Notes under the pieces: model-generated
What the model was told of the DNA's origin: nothing
Seen by the model: the letters and a program-made list of their open reading frames with translations, nothing else
Databases searched by the model: none
Program-made: the position numbers and the translations under genes
Source: a virus
Taxonomy: Duplodnaviria; Heunggongvirae; Uroviricota; Caudoviricetes
IMG/VR virus record: IMGVR_UViG_2029527006_000005
Direction: 5' to 3' (one strand)
Length of the DNA stretch: 64,000 bases
Shown: piece by piece, positions 45,653 to 55,810 of the stretch
Layout: the number at the start of each line of letters is the position of its first letter
How positions within the stretch are numbered: the first letter of the stretch is position 1

Positions 45653-46828
45653 ATGAAGCCTATTGCTAAATTTGGAGAGTTACCATTTTACGTGGATGGT
45701 ATCTGTGTTTTTGCTGCAACAGACGGGCAAGCACAAGCTATTACTGATGAACTCTTTATCATTGGTGAGCGTTCTACACGCATTTTTGATCTAGTTAACC
45801 ATGATACTAGTGAAATTTATAAATTTAAGCAAATGGTTAGTAGGGGGAAGGACTTAGTTGAGTTGCCATTATCAGCAACTGCAACCGAAGTTCAGCAAGC
45901 ACTTGGTAAAAATCAATTTGCGGTTAAAGTATATGATATTGTTAGTGGTGATGTTCTAGGATATGCTTACAAGTTTTTTACCCACAAATTTGTACTATCT
46001 AATGGCCTAGAAGTTCCTGTTGTTGATTTCAACAAACAAACAACACAACCAGTTCCAATTGTTCCAGTTACTGGTGTTATTGTTACCCCAAAAACAATCT
46101 CAGCACTATTACCAAACAGTGTTTCTGGAACACTTATTGTTGATGTTCAACCTAGTGATGCAACCAATAAAAATGTAACATACTCTAGTTCTGATGAAAC
46201 TATTGCAACTGTTACAAGTTCTGGCTTTGTTACCGCCTTGAAAAACGGTAATGTAGACATTACGGTAACTACAGTAGATGGTGGTTTTACTGCTGTTTGT
46301 GAGATTGATGTTAAAACTGAAGTCCAGTCTATTTCTATTACAAACGCAAGTACGCCATTCCAACCGGGTCAAACCCAGCAATTGAATGCTACAATTTTAC
46401 CAGTTGGAGCAGAATATAATGCCAGTGTTGATTGGATTTCTTCAAATGATGCAGTTGCAACAGTTTCAAGTACTGGTTTAGTAACTTACGTTTCTAACGG
46501 GGATGCAACAATTACGGTATCCGCTAGTAATGGTGCTGAACCTAAAACCGCAACTTACACTGCTTTAACAAGAACAAGACTACAAGGGATTGAATTCAAT
46601 CACACAACATTCACAGGCGTAGTTGGTGGAACTGATCGTTTGATCACCATTTATACACCATCTACAGCAAGCAATCAGAATATCACATGGGCAACCAGTG
46701 ATTCAAGTGTTGCAACTGTTAGTTTTGGTGTAGTTTCATTCACTGGCATGGGAACCGTTGAAGTTACTGCAACCTCCCAAGAAGGCAATTTTGTCGCTAC
46801 ATGTGTTTATACAGTTGTTAGTGCATAA
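45653..46828 (+). CDS. Ig-like (Big_2) domain virion protein, paralogue 1
   Basis: Start at MKPIAK (GGAGA RBS, TAAATA at 45609); three Big_2 repeats (W/YxSSDxxVATV..G.VT). Confidence 0.85.
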   Translation: MKPIAKFGELPFYVDGICVFAATDGQAQAITDELFIIGERSTRIFDLVNHDTSEIYKFKQMVSRGKDLVELPLSATATEVQQALGKNQFAVKVYDIVSGDVLGYAYKFFTHKFVLSNGLEVPVVDFNKQTTQPVPIVPVTGVIVTPKTISALLPNSVSGTLIVDVQPSDATNKNVTYSSSDETIATVTSSGFVTALKNGNVDITVTTVDGGFTAVCEIDVKTEVQSISITNASTPFQPGQTQQLNATILPVGAEYNASVDWISSNDAVATVSSTGLVTYVSNGDATITVSASNGAEPKTATYTALTRTRLQGIEFNHTTFTGVVGGTDRLITIYTPSTASNQNITWATSDSSVATVSFGVVSFTGMGTVEVTATSQEGNFVATCVYTVVSA

Positions 46829-46842
46829 TTCTTTTTATATCC

Positions 46843-46867
46843 AAAGCACTGCTATGCAGTGCTTTTT
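46843..46867 (+). terminator. intrinsic terminator
   Basis: GCACTGC-TAT-GCAGTGC followed by T5. Confidence 0.75.
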
Positions 46868-46887
46868 AATTTAGGTGGGTAAATACA

Positions 46888-46930
46888 CTATATAACTTAA
46901 TAAGGAGTTAATATGGGAAAACCAATAGCA
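46888..46930 (+). repeat. 43-bp direct repeat (leader, RBS and first codons), copy 1
   Basis: CTATATAACTTAATAAGGAGTTAATATGGGAAAACCAATAGCA identical at 50215-50257; partial copy at 48238. Confidence 0.85.
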
Positions 46931-48241
46931 AAAGCTGGTAATTCTCCATTTACAACTGGTGGATATTGTGTAACAGCCGCCAAGATAAATGGTGTAACAT
47001 ATACTAACCTAAACATATACCAACAACGTTCTGACATGGTTTTTGACCTAATTGATACGTCTGGTAACATTTATACATTCATTTCATTGGTGTATAACAA
47101 TTCAGAGTCACAAACTCTAAATCCATCATTAAGTACTGAAGTACTTGTCAATTCAATTTCTGACAATTGTTTCTTTATTAAAGCAACAAATAGTCTAACC
47201 ACAAACACATCATTTGTGATTAGTTTTCAAAGTAATAAATTAAAACTAGCGAATGGTGAAATGCTTTATCGCCCGTTTGATTTATTCTACTGTAATATCC
47301 CAACCCCTGAACCTTTTATTCTTCCTGATATGTCTAGAAGCTATTTTTCAGGTGGTGATGTGGTTGTACCCGCAACTGGTGAAGATTTCGGTACAGCAGA
47401 TTTATTCCTAGTAGGTACTGACGGAAAAAACATCACAAACTATGATGTTAGTAAAATAAAAATGTCATTAGTGAATGATGACGGAACTTCATCATTATCT
47501 GAAGTTATTTCAAATGGAAATGGGGTTTATTATGCCAAAGTGTATTCTACGGTAATCCAACCTGTATATTTTGTTTGTTCAGTTAATGGTGAAACACCAA
47601 ATATGACACGAAATTTTGTTCAATTTATATCACCACAACGTGCAACCGTAAGGACGAATAGTGCTGTTAATTATGGTACTGCTAGCACCGTGGTTGTTAA
47701 TACTGAATTTATAATAAATGATCCAGCCAACCAATCAGTATGGGATAATTCAGCTACGTGGACGTCACCAACTCCGGGCGTAACAATATTAGGAAATACA
47801 TATGGATCAACTTGTTATTTGATAGCTAACACCACCGATGATGTGGTACTACACTATCAATCAAATTGGCAGAAATCTTTGAATGCAACTGGTACAGTTA
47901 AGGTTGAACCCAATTTCATTTTAACATCACCTGATGGTACAGTGGATACATTTAAAATTATACCTGACTCAACTTTCGATGTTAAGTTTTCATATAACCC
48001 AGTTGACCTCAGTACTTCTGAGCCGGGTAATATTGTAATTTTGACAACAGCTTTAAATGGTGTAATAGATTCAGTTGAATATCTCGGATCTATGACTTAT
48101 AGATTTAAATCCAAAAGTGCTGATGAATTTGATTCATTTTCAAACTCTGGTATTGGTGATTTGACTCTTTCCAACTTCACATCACGTGCAAAAATTAAAT
48201 TTAATATATCAGATAAATCTGGTAACTTCGAGGACAATTAA
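46913..48241 (+). CDS. Ig-like virion protein, paralogue 2
   Basis: MGKPIA N-domain; invasin/Big_1-like central region. Confidence 0.7.
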   Translation: MGKPIAKAGNSPFTTGGYCVTAAKINGVTYTNLNIYQQRSDMVFDLIDTSGNIYTFISLVYNNSESQTLNPSLSTEVLVNSISDNCFFIKATNSLTTNTSFVISFQSNKLKLANGEMLYRPFDLFYCNIPTPEPFILPDMSRSYFSGGDVVVPATGEDFGTADLFLVGTDGKNITNYDVSKIKMSLVNDDGTSSLSEVISNGNGVYYAKVYSTVIQPVYFVCSVNGETPNMTRNFVQFISPQRATVRTNSAVNYGTASTVVVNTEFIINDPANQSVWDNSATWTSPTPGVTILGNTYGSTCYLIANTTDDVVLHYQSNWQKSLNATGTVKVEPNFILTSPDGTVDTFKIIPDSTFDVKFSYNPVDLSTSEPGNIVILTTALNGVIDSVEYLGSMTYRFKSKSADEFDSFSNSGIGDLTLSNFTSRAKIKFNISDKSGNFEDN

Positions 48242-48242
48242 T

Positions 48243-50162
48243 ATGGGAAAACCAATAGCAGGCCAAGACCAATTCCCTTACAATACTAATGGGTTTTTAG
48301 TAGATGCGGCAAAAATTAATGGTGTAACATTTTCTAAATCACTGTACATATACAAACAACGTTCTGATACATACTATGATTTACAGGATACATCAGGTAC
48401 AATTTATCAGTTTGTTAAAATCGTTGGAACTGACCAAGATAAAAAACCACTTCAGTACTTTGATACATCCGAAGACATAGCTTTGAAATTGGAAAACAAC
48501 ACATTTTGTATGAAAATACAAGATCCAACTAGAGGTATATTTTCGTTTGTTAGACTTTACCAATGGCATAAATGTATAACATTCGATGGTGATTATATTT
48601 TCAGGAAAGGTGGATTAGATCCAACATTAAGTGGTGTTTATATAAATCCAGTGGTTGCGACAATATCTAAAGGTTCCACTCAATCATTCGTAGCTACTTT
48701 TTTCCCTGATGAATACTTGAACACTGATGGTAATTGGTATTTGAACATAAATGGTTCGGAAAAGACAATAAACACTTTAATTAAACAAACTGATAAAAAT
48801 AAAATTGTGGTTGAGGGAATAGATGTTGGTAAATCAATTTTATCATTTATACCATCTGGAAACAATTCTAAAATTTCAAGTTCAATAATCAATGTTATTG
48901 ATGCAGATACGCCAGTTCAAAGTTTTTTTGGTAGAGGAACAACAGACTTGCCATTTTCAACCACGCGTGCGTTATATGGTGAGGAATTTGATATTGTTAT
49001 TGAAACCTATCCATATGATGCAGTGTTGACTGAAGCACTCGATTTTGATATTAACATGAACGATGGATTAAGTATTGATGAAATAACTTTAGTGAAAGTA
49101 TCGGATGATTTTAGAACCTATACCTTTAAATCAAAATATATATATGATATCGATCCAGTTGGGATTTCATACAATCCTAGAATTACTTTTAAAATGAAAA
49201 ATCCAATTGATTTTGAATTTATGGTTTATTCAATTTATATATATAATGAAATGCGAGAAATTTATGTCAAGGAAAACGAAGAACTTGGCGTTAGGTATGA
49301 AGTTCTTTCAAATTTAAGACCAAATTCGCAATACCAAGCAATAAAACAATACATGTATTATGGTATACAATATAACCCATATATCTCATCTGACCCATCA
49401 ATTGCAACATTGGATCATGAGACTGGTTTAATAACGACATACGATAAAACTGGCGAAGTTTCATTCTCAACCACATATGTTAGAGATAATGGGGAAGTTG
49501 TTAATTATGATAATATATTAAGCTTTTCTGTAATACCGGATGTTTATGATTATATAACAATCGATCCACCAAATATCACATCAGTTCCTATTAATTCAAC
49601 AACCCAGTTTAAAATATACGGCGTGATTGGGGATATTAAAACTGAATTGAAAATTAAAGAAGTCAGTGATTCCAATTACAAAATAACATCGGATGGTATA
49701 TTAACTACTTATAACAAGGCTGGTGCTTATGCAACCGTTCAAGTTGATGATTTGTTTGAATTGTCATCTAATGTAATGACACCATATCAAACATTTGGAG
49801 CTTTCCCATTAATCGTTGAAGATGATAAATCAAAATATCAAATTACCGATCTATCATCATCTTGGGTATACCAAAATAATACTGTGTTTGTCAATCTAGA
49901 TGGATATACCGCAGGGTTAATTCCAAATTTCACAATAAACCCATACCCAGAAGTATGTGTGGATTATGAATTGGAAATAATTTCATATGATGAATCTATA
50001 ATTGAAATTTTAGATAAAGAACGAATCTCGGAAAATCAATGTTTTATGGCTGGTCAAATGATTGTTTACTTCAATCCCGTATCACGTGGAAGTACTTTAG
50101 TTGTTGTTGGAAGTGTTTCTAATCCAGACATTAAAATTGAAGTTAAAGTTGTAGTTTACTAA
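48243..50162 (+). CDS. Ig-like virion protein, paralogue 3
   Basis: Start reassigned to MGKPIAG at 48243; SSDPSIATLD..G Ig motifs. Confidence 0.7.
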   Translation: MGKPIAGQDQFPYNTNGFLVDAAKINGVTFSKSLYIYKQRSDTYYDLQDTSGTIYQFVKIVGTDQDKKPLQYFDTSEDIALKLENNTFCMKIQDPTRGIFSFVRLYQWHKCITFDGDYIFRKGGLDPTLSGVYINPVVATISKGSTQSFVATFFPDEYLNTDGNWYLNINGSEKTINTLIKQTDKNKIVVEGIDVGKSILSFIPSGNNSKISSSIINVIDADTPVQSFFGRGTTDLPFSTTRALYGEEFDIVIETYPYDAVLTEALDFDINMNDGLSIDEITLVKVSDDFRTYTFKSKYIYDIDPVGISYNPRITFKMKNPIDFEFMVYSIYIYNEMREIYVKENEELGVRYEVLSNLRPNSQYQAIKQYMYYGIQYNPYISSDPSIATLDHETGLITTYDKTGEVSFSTTYVRDNGEVVNYDNILSFSVIPDVYDYITIDPPNITSVPINSTTQFKIYGVIGDIKTELKIKEVSDSNYKITSDGILTTYNKAGAYATVQVDDLFELSSNVMTPYQTFGAFPLIVEDDKSKYQITDLSSSWVYQNNTVFVNLDGYTAGLIPNFTINPYPEVCVDYELEIISYDESIIEILDKERISENQCFMAGQMIVYFNPVSRGSTLVVVGSVSNPDIKIEVKVVVY

Positions 50163-50166
50163 CAAT

Positions 50167-50195
50167 AAAAAAGGAACCCATTGGGTTCCTTTTTT
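50167..50195 (+). terminator. symmetrical intrinsic terminator
   Basis: A6-GGAACCCA-T-TGGGTTCC-T6. Confidence 0.8.
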
Positions 50196-50214
50196 CATTT
50201 ATGTGGTAAATAAT

Positions 50215-50257
50215 CTATATAACTTAATAAGGAGTTAATATGGGAAAACCAATAGCA
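50215..50257 (+). repeat. 43-bp direct repeat, copy 2
   Basis: Identical to 46888-46930. Confidence 0.85.
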
Positions 50258-52060
50258 GGAAAGGATCAATATCCTTTCCAAATCAATGGCATTATTGTAG
50301 ATGGTGCTAAAATAAATGGACAAACTTTTGTAAAAGGTCTATACATTTATAAACAACGTTCATATAACTATTATGATTTAATTGATTCTGATGGAAATGT
50401 ATATGAATTCATCGAAATTACTTGGAGAAAAGAAGATACCACCGTTCTTAATTACTTCGATAACTCAGATTATATTGTTGAAAGCATAAAAGATAATTCA
50501 TTTTTTATAAAGATTCAAGATATACCAAGAAACATTTATGGTTTTATTACATTAATACAATCAAACAAAGTTAAAGTTAGTACGGGTGATTATATTTTCT
50601 ATAATGACGAAGATGACTACGCTTTGTTGTCTGTTAGATGTATCCCAGCAACAATTCAAGCAAAGAAAAACCAGCTTGTTTCTATTGATGTTTCATTCCT
50701 TCCATTGGATTTTTCAAATCAAAATGGTAGATGGGATATGGAAACTTCAAATATAGCGGAAGTTGGTAGATCTAATACCAGTACTGGTATATTTAGATGT
50801 TTAGATGTTGGTCATGCACGAGTTACTTTTAACCCTGAAGCAAATACTAAACTAGCTGCAACTGCACAGATTTTCATTACTGAGAATGAACCAACATATA
50901 CTTCATTTAGATTTATGCAAAACGTTCCAAATGGAAAATCATTGTCAAATGATAATACATTTTTCCCTGGGGATGAAGTTACATTCACTGCGATTTTTGA
51001 ACCGTTTGGTTTTGTCCCAAGTCACGAATTTGATGTAATATATGATGAAACCGTTTTTGAATATCTTGGTTCGGATGATTTTATTAATTACAAATTTAAA
51101 GTACTAGATGATACTACCTTTAGTGGTGTAAGAACACGAGTAGAATTGCGTGATGGTAACATGTATGCATTTGATCAACCAATAATCAGGTTACCAACAA
51201 CATCAATATATACTGGCGTAGAAGGTCCATATTTTGTTCGTAGTGGCGAATCATATCAATATGATATGGCATATTATAGCAAGCCAGTAGATCCTTCTTT
51301 TACTTGGGGTGTACAAAATTCAAGCTTAGGGACTATTACATCTGATGGTGTGTATTCCCCGGTCGGAACTGGTGACAACCGTGTTTATCAAAACACAAAC
51401 GGTGGGATGAACTTGAACTACAAAAATGTAAAATGTTCTCCTTATGTACCAGATCGCTATGTATATTCACCAAGTGACCGTTCTGTATATTTTGTCGGAG
51501 AGGAAATCCAACTAACGGCAGCTACCATTCCTAGTTCAGTTTCATTGATAGGTGGAAAGTGGAGAAGTAGAAATAACAATGATTATGAATATTTCTCAGT
51601 AAGTACTTCAGGTGTATTGAAAATTTTAAAAGCACCAGACCAACCAACCAAACAATTTTATGTTGGATTTGCATACAATGGTTCAAGTAATGGTGGCGGT
51701 ACAGTTACGGATACAGTTGAAGCATTGGAAAAAACATTCATGATAATGGATGTAGATTCAAATGTTCCAATCCAGAGTATTAGAATTTATAATTACGCGG
51801 GGGTAGTTAACGTACCACTAGGTGGTAAAACCTCTACACAGGTAACAGTTTCACCAGTTAATAGTACTGGTAATAAAGGGTGGACTTATGAAATGTCAGT
51901 TGCTGGTATTGTATCAATTGAGTACATTCAAGAGTATAATAACAACTTCTACTTTACACCAGTTATAATTAATGGTTTATCTCGTGGTCAAACTGATATC
52001 ACATTCACGTGTGTGCAGAATCCTGAAATAAAAGTTATACAAACCATAACTGTTTATTAA
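50240..52060 (+). CDS. Ig-like virion protein, paralogue 4
   Basis: MGKPIAGKDQYPF N-domain; Big_2-like repeats. Confidence 0.7.
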   Translation: MGKPIAGKDQYPFQINGIIVDGAKINGQTFVKGLYIYKQRSYNYYDLIDSDGNVYEFIEITWRKEDTTVLNYFDNSDYIVESIKDNSFFIKIQDIPRNIYGFITLIQSNKVKVSTGDYIFYNDEDDYALLSVRCIPATIQAKKNQLVSIDVSFLPLDFSNQNGRWDMETSNIAEVGRSNTSTGIFRCLDVGHARVTFNPEANTKLAATAQIFITENEPTYTSFRFMQNVPNGKSLSNDNTFFPGDEVTFTAIFEPFGFVPSHEFDVIYDETVFEYLGSDDFINYKFKVLDDTTFSGVRTRVELRDGNMYAFDQPIIRLPTTSIYTGVEGPYFVRSGESYQYDMAYYSKPVDPSFTWGVQNSSLGTITSDGVYSPVGTGDNRVYQNTNGGMNLNYKNVKCSPYVPDRYVYSPSDRSVYFVGEEIQLTAATIPSSVSLIGGKWRSRNNNDYEYFSVSTSGVLKILKAPDQPTKQFYVGFAYNGSSNGGGTVTDTVEALEKTFMIMDVDSNVPIQSIRIYNYAGVVNVPLGGKTSTQVTVSPVNSTGNKGWTYEMSVAGIVSIEYIQEYNNNFYFTPVIINGLSRGQTDITFTCVQNPEIKVIQTITVY

Positions 52061-52064
52061 ACAT

Positions 52065-52089
52065 AAAAGGAGCCATCGGCTCCTTTTTT
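52065..52089. terminator. bidirectional terminator between convergent operons
   Basis: AAAAGGAGCC-ATC-GGCTCC followed by a T-run. Confidence 0.8.
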
Positions 52090-52412
52090 TATTGGTAATC
52101 ATTTAGTTTCTGCATTACTAAATCAGCATCAATCTTACTTTTGTAGTACACCCTGAACAACCCAAAACGACATACATCAATGTCACCATAATTTGTTGCG
52201 TTCGTTAGGTAGTACTTATGCTTCGTTGGTTCGTAACGTACTTTAAAATTACGACGACCACGATTCAAGTCAATTGATGTTTTCCGATCTCCGATATGGA
52301 TTAGTAAGGCAACTATTAAAAAAATTAATAACAACAACCCTACCGAGCCAATTAGTGGATAGAACATATTATTCCCCCAAATCAGATAGTTTGTGAACTT
52401 TAATCCCAGCAT
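52089..52412 (-). CDS. membrane-anchored hypothetical protein
   Basis: TM segment; true start likely MFYPLIG. Confidence 0.55.
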   Translation of the reverse strand: MLGLKFTNYLIWGNNMFYPLIGSVGLLLLIFLIVALLIHIGDRKTSIDLNRGRRNFKVRYEPTKHKYYLTNATNYGDIDVCRFGLFRVYYKSKIDADLVMQKLNDYQ

Positions 52413-52842
52413 TCTTTAGTACTGAAACCGCAGCTTCAGGAGTGCGAGGGTATTCTTTTTCGTAAATTACAGTCGTGATACCACTCCCTGCAATTAACAA
52501 GGAACAAGTATAGCACGGTTGAAGAGTACTGTAAAGCGTTGCTCCAACCCTATCTTTTGGTGCACTGTAAAGTAATGCATTCATCTCAGCATGGATTTCA
52601 TGGTGCATAGACCACTCGTGGTGCTCGTGTTTCGCTTCCTCAGAGACCCAATTTTGAAGCTCACCATTATGTACTAAATGGGAGTTATGGTCACAGCAGT
52701 TCACCTGCTTCGCTGGAGTGCCATTGTAGCCAGTACTCACGATGCGATCATTTTGTACAATAACCGCACCCACATGATGAGAGATACATTTACTCTCATC
52801 AGCTACGTCTTTAGCGATCTTCATCCAAGTTGAGTGTTTCAT
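52369..52842 (-). CDS. dCMP deaminase
   Basis: VGAVIV, STGYNG, HAEMNA, PCYTC. Confidence 0.92.
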   Translation of the reverse strand: MKHSTWMKIAKDVADESKCISHHVGAVIVQNDRIVSTGYNGTPAKQVNCCDHNSHLVHNGELQNWVSEEAKHEHHEWSMHHEIHAEMNALLYSAPKDRVGATLYSTLQPCYTCSLLIAGSGITTVIYEKEYPRTPEAAVSVLKNAGIKVHKLSDLGE

Positions 52843-53308
52843 CGTATACGCCTCCTTCTACTAGAATTTCTTTCAATTCTTCATGCCATACGAATAGATT
52901 TTGATACATTTCCAAATCACCTTCTTGGATCTGGAAAGGTTGTGATGCGTAACGCTCCCACTTGTCTTTTAAACGCTGTAGTACAGCATCACGCTTATCA
53001 CGATACACAAAACGCGTAACACGCATGTAATAACATAACTTGTCTGGAATTGGATCTACTTTTCCAATCTTACCAAATATTGCATAGGACTCATGATAGT
53101 AACCATCCCATCCAATACGCAAATCTTCAAACGCCGCTCCACCATGCCATAGTTTACCAAAGAAACCATAACGTTCATTGTACTGAGTCTCGCGGTTATC
53201 ATATACACTGTTATGATATTTTTTAACAGCAGTGCGGAGTGTAAGAAGTTTGTTTAGATTCTTGATCCAAATTGCTGTTTGTTTTGGTGTTAAAGTAGCT
53301 AGAATCAT
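52811..53308 (-). CDS. hypothetical protein (tandem family member)
   Basis: C-terminal ERYASQPFQI. Confidence 0.6.
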   Translation of the reverse strand: MILATLTPKQTAIWIKNLNKLLTLRTAVKKYHNSVYDNRETQYNERYGFFGKLWHGGAAFEDLRIGWDGYYHESYAIFGKIGKVDPIPDKLCYYMRVTRFVYRDKRDAVLQRLKDKWERYASQPFQIQEGDLEMYQNLFVWHEELKEILVEGGVYDETLNLDEDR

Positions 53309-53877
53309 TTCTTATCTCCAAGAATATAACTGTAATAATACAATTTAGTACTTAGACCTTCTAACTCATCCAACCATTCCTGATCGATAGTATAAGGTAC
53401 TTGCATGTAATTTTCCATTTTGTGGATCATATCAGTCCATACCTCGTATTCACGATATGCACACATAGAAGCCATACATGCTGCACTAACCATATTCACT
53501 TCACCCAAAATATCTAAATAAGAATTTTTGGTTAGTTTTGCAATGGTTTTAGGGCGTAGATTGGCTGACCAACCATCTTTATTGGAAATCGTTTTACGAT
53601 TACTACTTTCAATATTAACAACAATTCCTTTAGTAAGAGTAATCTTCTTACCAAACTTCTCAATGCTCATTGGTTTAAAACCGAAGATGCTATGATGGTT
53701 GTTTACGTAATCATCATACCAACCCAAAAATGCAGTCACTGCACTTTGTTGTACGCGGTTGATGATATCTACTGCATCTTTTAGATCGTTATAGAATTTA
53801 GTACTTTGTTCTTCAGTTAGATTGTATTGCATCGTTAAATTTATCCCATTCGTTTTCAAGGTAATCCAAACGTTCAC
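53305..53877 (-). CDS. hypothetical protein (tandem family member)
   Basis: C-terminal ENYMQVPYTI. Confidence 0.6.
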   Translation of the reverse strand: MNVWITLKTNGINLTMQYNLTEEQSTKFYNDLKDAVDIINRVQQSAVTAFLGWYDDYVNNHHSIFGFKPMSIEKFGKKITLTKGIVVNIESSNRKTISNKDGWSANLRPKTIAKLTKNSYLDILGEVNMVSAACMASMCAYREYEVWTDMIHKMENYMQVPYTIDQEWLDELEGLSTKLYYYSYILGDKK

Positions 53878-54346
53878 GTAGATTACGGATTAGTTTAATG
53901 TCTTCAGGACTGAATTCTACAGGATTTTCTGCATATTCTTCTAGAAGAATTTGGAAATCAATAAACTTTTCATGATTCTGTGTACCTACCCAACAGGCCG
54001 CCCACACTAAATCTTGAAAATGTTTTTGAGTAAATGCATAATCAAAATCTGCATCAGGGAACCAAGCTGATAAGTACTTATCCAATCCGGTTTTTCTTTT
54101 TAAGAATTCATCATCAAGTTCACGCCATTGACCACCGCAAATTTTATGAACCATGCGATCATAGTCTTTAATGCGTATATCAAATGGACGTAGTAAACTC
54201 CACCTAAAATCACGGACATGATCACGATGGGCTTCTTCCATTTTGGTTGCAGCACAATTAGTAATAGTACCGCATAACACCCAATAACGATTAAAATCTT
54301 TCAGTACATTAATAGTTTCATCATCTGTAAATTTACGTAATTTCAT
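53813..54346 (-). CDS. hypothetical protein (tandem family member)
   Basis: C-terminal EEYAENPVEF; GAGGTG RBS. Confidence 0.6.
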   Translation of the reverse strand: MKLRKFTDDETINVLKDFNRYWVLCGTITNCAATKMEEAHRDHVRDFRWSLLRPFDIRIKDYDRMVHKICGGQWRELDDEFLKRKTGLDKYLSAWFPDADFDYAFTQKHFQDLVWAACWVGTQNHEKFIDFQILLEEYAENPVEFSPEDIKLIRNLRERLDYLENEWDKFNDAIQSN

Positions 54347-54359
54347 AATTCACCTCGAT

Positions 54360-54382
54360 AAAAGGCCGCTTTATGGCGGCCT
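54360..54382 (-). terminator. intrinsic terminator
   Basis: AGGCCGC-loop-GCGGCCT followed by T-run. Confidence 0.65.
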
Positions 54383-54389
54383 ATTTCAA

Positions 54390-54863
54390 TTATTTTGGAG
54401 AGTAATCGTATTGCTTTAGATCACGCTCATCTAGGATACCTTCGTCATAACCATACTGTAGCATGATATCGAAAGCGGTGTCAACCTTTTTTAGTACATC
54501 ACTGTAACGAGTCACGTCAGCACAATTCTTTTCTACTTCACGAATGAGTAGATTTAATAGAGGTTGCATGTGATCTGCGTGTAGCTTATTCATGCGTGGG
54601 CGACGTGTCGCAGCTAGAATGTCATTCCATGTTGGTACGAAGTTCGCAGAACGACGAGGAATGTCATAAAGGGTGGTTGGGAACGTACCAGTACTCTTCT
54701 TCGCTGCTTCTTCTTGTGCACTGCGATAACCGCTACGGAATAGTGGACTACGTTGTTTTAGTAGATCCATATCCATTGTGCCGTTTTGTTTGAAGTACTG
54801 ATAACCTTCGTTGTATTGTTGATTACTCATCGTCTTGCTCCTTGATTGCCTTTTTATCGACAA
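54390..54863 (-). CDS. hypothetical protein
   Basis: ORF in operon. Confidence 0.6.
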   Translation of the reverse strand: MSIKRQSRSKTMSNQQYNEGYQYFKQNGTMDMDLLKQRSPLFRSGYRSAQEEAAKKSTGTFPTTLYDIPRRSANFVPTWNDILAATRRPRMNKLHADHMQPLLNLLIREVEKNCADVTRYSDVLKKVDTAFDIMLQYGYDEGILDERDLKQYDYSPK

Positions 54864-55128
54864 ACGTTCCTTCAGTAGAACTTAGTTGTTTTAGTGTATT
54901 GAATAGTTCCAATGGGTCAATGTTCTTATGGATTAGAATTGCTTTCATCAATTCCATAATATCACTCATACCTTCTAGTAATTCACCTGTTTCTTTACTG
55001 AAGGATAAATCAAGACTGATTTGAGAGATTTGGTCGAACGCCAATGTTTCAAATTCTGAAGTACTGACTACTTCTGCATCACTAGGGGCGGTTAAGCCCC
55101 GGACTAGTGTTTTAGACATTAAATCCAC
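54823..55128 (-). CDS. degenerate MazG/HisE-like helical protein
   Basis: KTLVR...ELLEGMSDIMELM pattern, acidic residues partly lost. Confidence 0.35.
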   Translation of the reverse strand: MDLMSKTLVRGLTAPSDAEVVSTSEFETLAFDQISQISLDLSFSKETGELLEGMSDIMELMKAILIHKNIDPLELFNTLKQLSSTEGTFVDKKAIKEQDDE

Positions 55129-55796
55129 TCCTGCACACCACCACGGCGTACTACTAATAGTTTACCATCTTCGTTACGCTCACCCATTAGGATACCATCG
55201 ATGAAGCCTTTTGTGCCGTAGTTTAGTGCTTGTTCAGCAGTCATCCACATATCACGGATGGTATCTTGCTTGTACTGCTCGTAGGTAACACCAACAGCTT
55301 CAGCAATTTCACGAGCTAGCATTTCATCTAGTAGCTCACTGTGAGCTAGAGAGATTTTCTGGTCAGCTAGTGTACCTTGAGTACCGGAAGATACTTGGTG
55401 TGCCATGATTTGAGCACGTTTCCCCGCTAGACGTAGGCCCGGTGTACCCATAGTTGATTGCATGTAACAACCCATTGATGCAGCCATACCTAGTACAACT
55501 GTGCGGATTGGTGAAGTCATGCAAGAAACGATATCAGCGATACCTAGACCTGCGTGTACTGAACCACCCGGTGAAGTAATGTAAATGGTAATTGGTTCAT
55601 TACTTTGTGAATCCATCCAGTGCAAGGATTGCTTGACGATGTGAGCCATGTTGTCATCAAAACCAGCATCAAGGAAAACAACACGGTCTACAAGTAGGCG
55701 TGAACCTAGATCATAAGCACGTTCGCTACCATTGGATTTCTCAATTACCATTGGCACGGATAGGTTAGAAGGGCTAGTGTTTGTATTCATGTTCAT
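55119..55796 (-). CDS. clpP: ClpP protease proteolytic subunit
   Basis: ITSPGGSV, GMAASMG (Ser), MAHQ (His), RDMWMTA (Asp). Confidence 0.92.
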   Translation of the reverse strand: MNMNTNTSPSNLSVPMVIEKSNGSERAYDLGSRLLVDRVVFLDAGFDDNMAHIVKQSLHWMDSQSNEPITIYITSPGGSVHAGLGIADIVSCMTSPIRTVVLGMAASMGCYMQSTMGTPGLRLAGKRAQIMAHQVSSGTQGTLADQKISLAHSELLDEMLAREIAEAVGVTYEQYKQDTIRDMWMTAEQALNYGTKGFIDGILMGERNEDGKLLVVRRGGVQEWI

Positions 55797-55810
55797 ATTG
55801 TTTCCTCTAG

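Noticed and set aside
46888-50257. CRISPR-like repeats or diversity-generating retroelement
   Set aside because: Repeats are kilobases apart and coincide with gene starts; no spacers, no RT, no adenine-specific TR/VR pair seen
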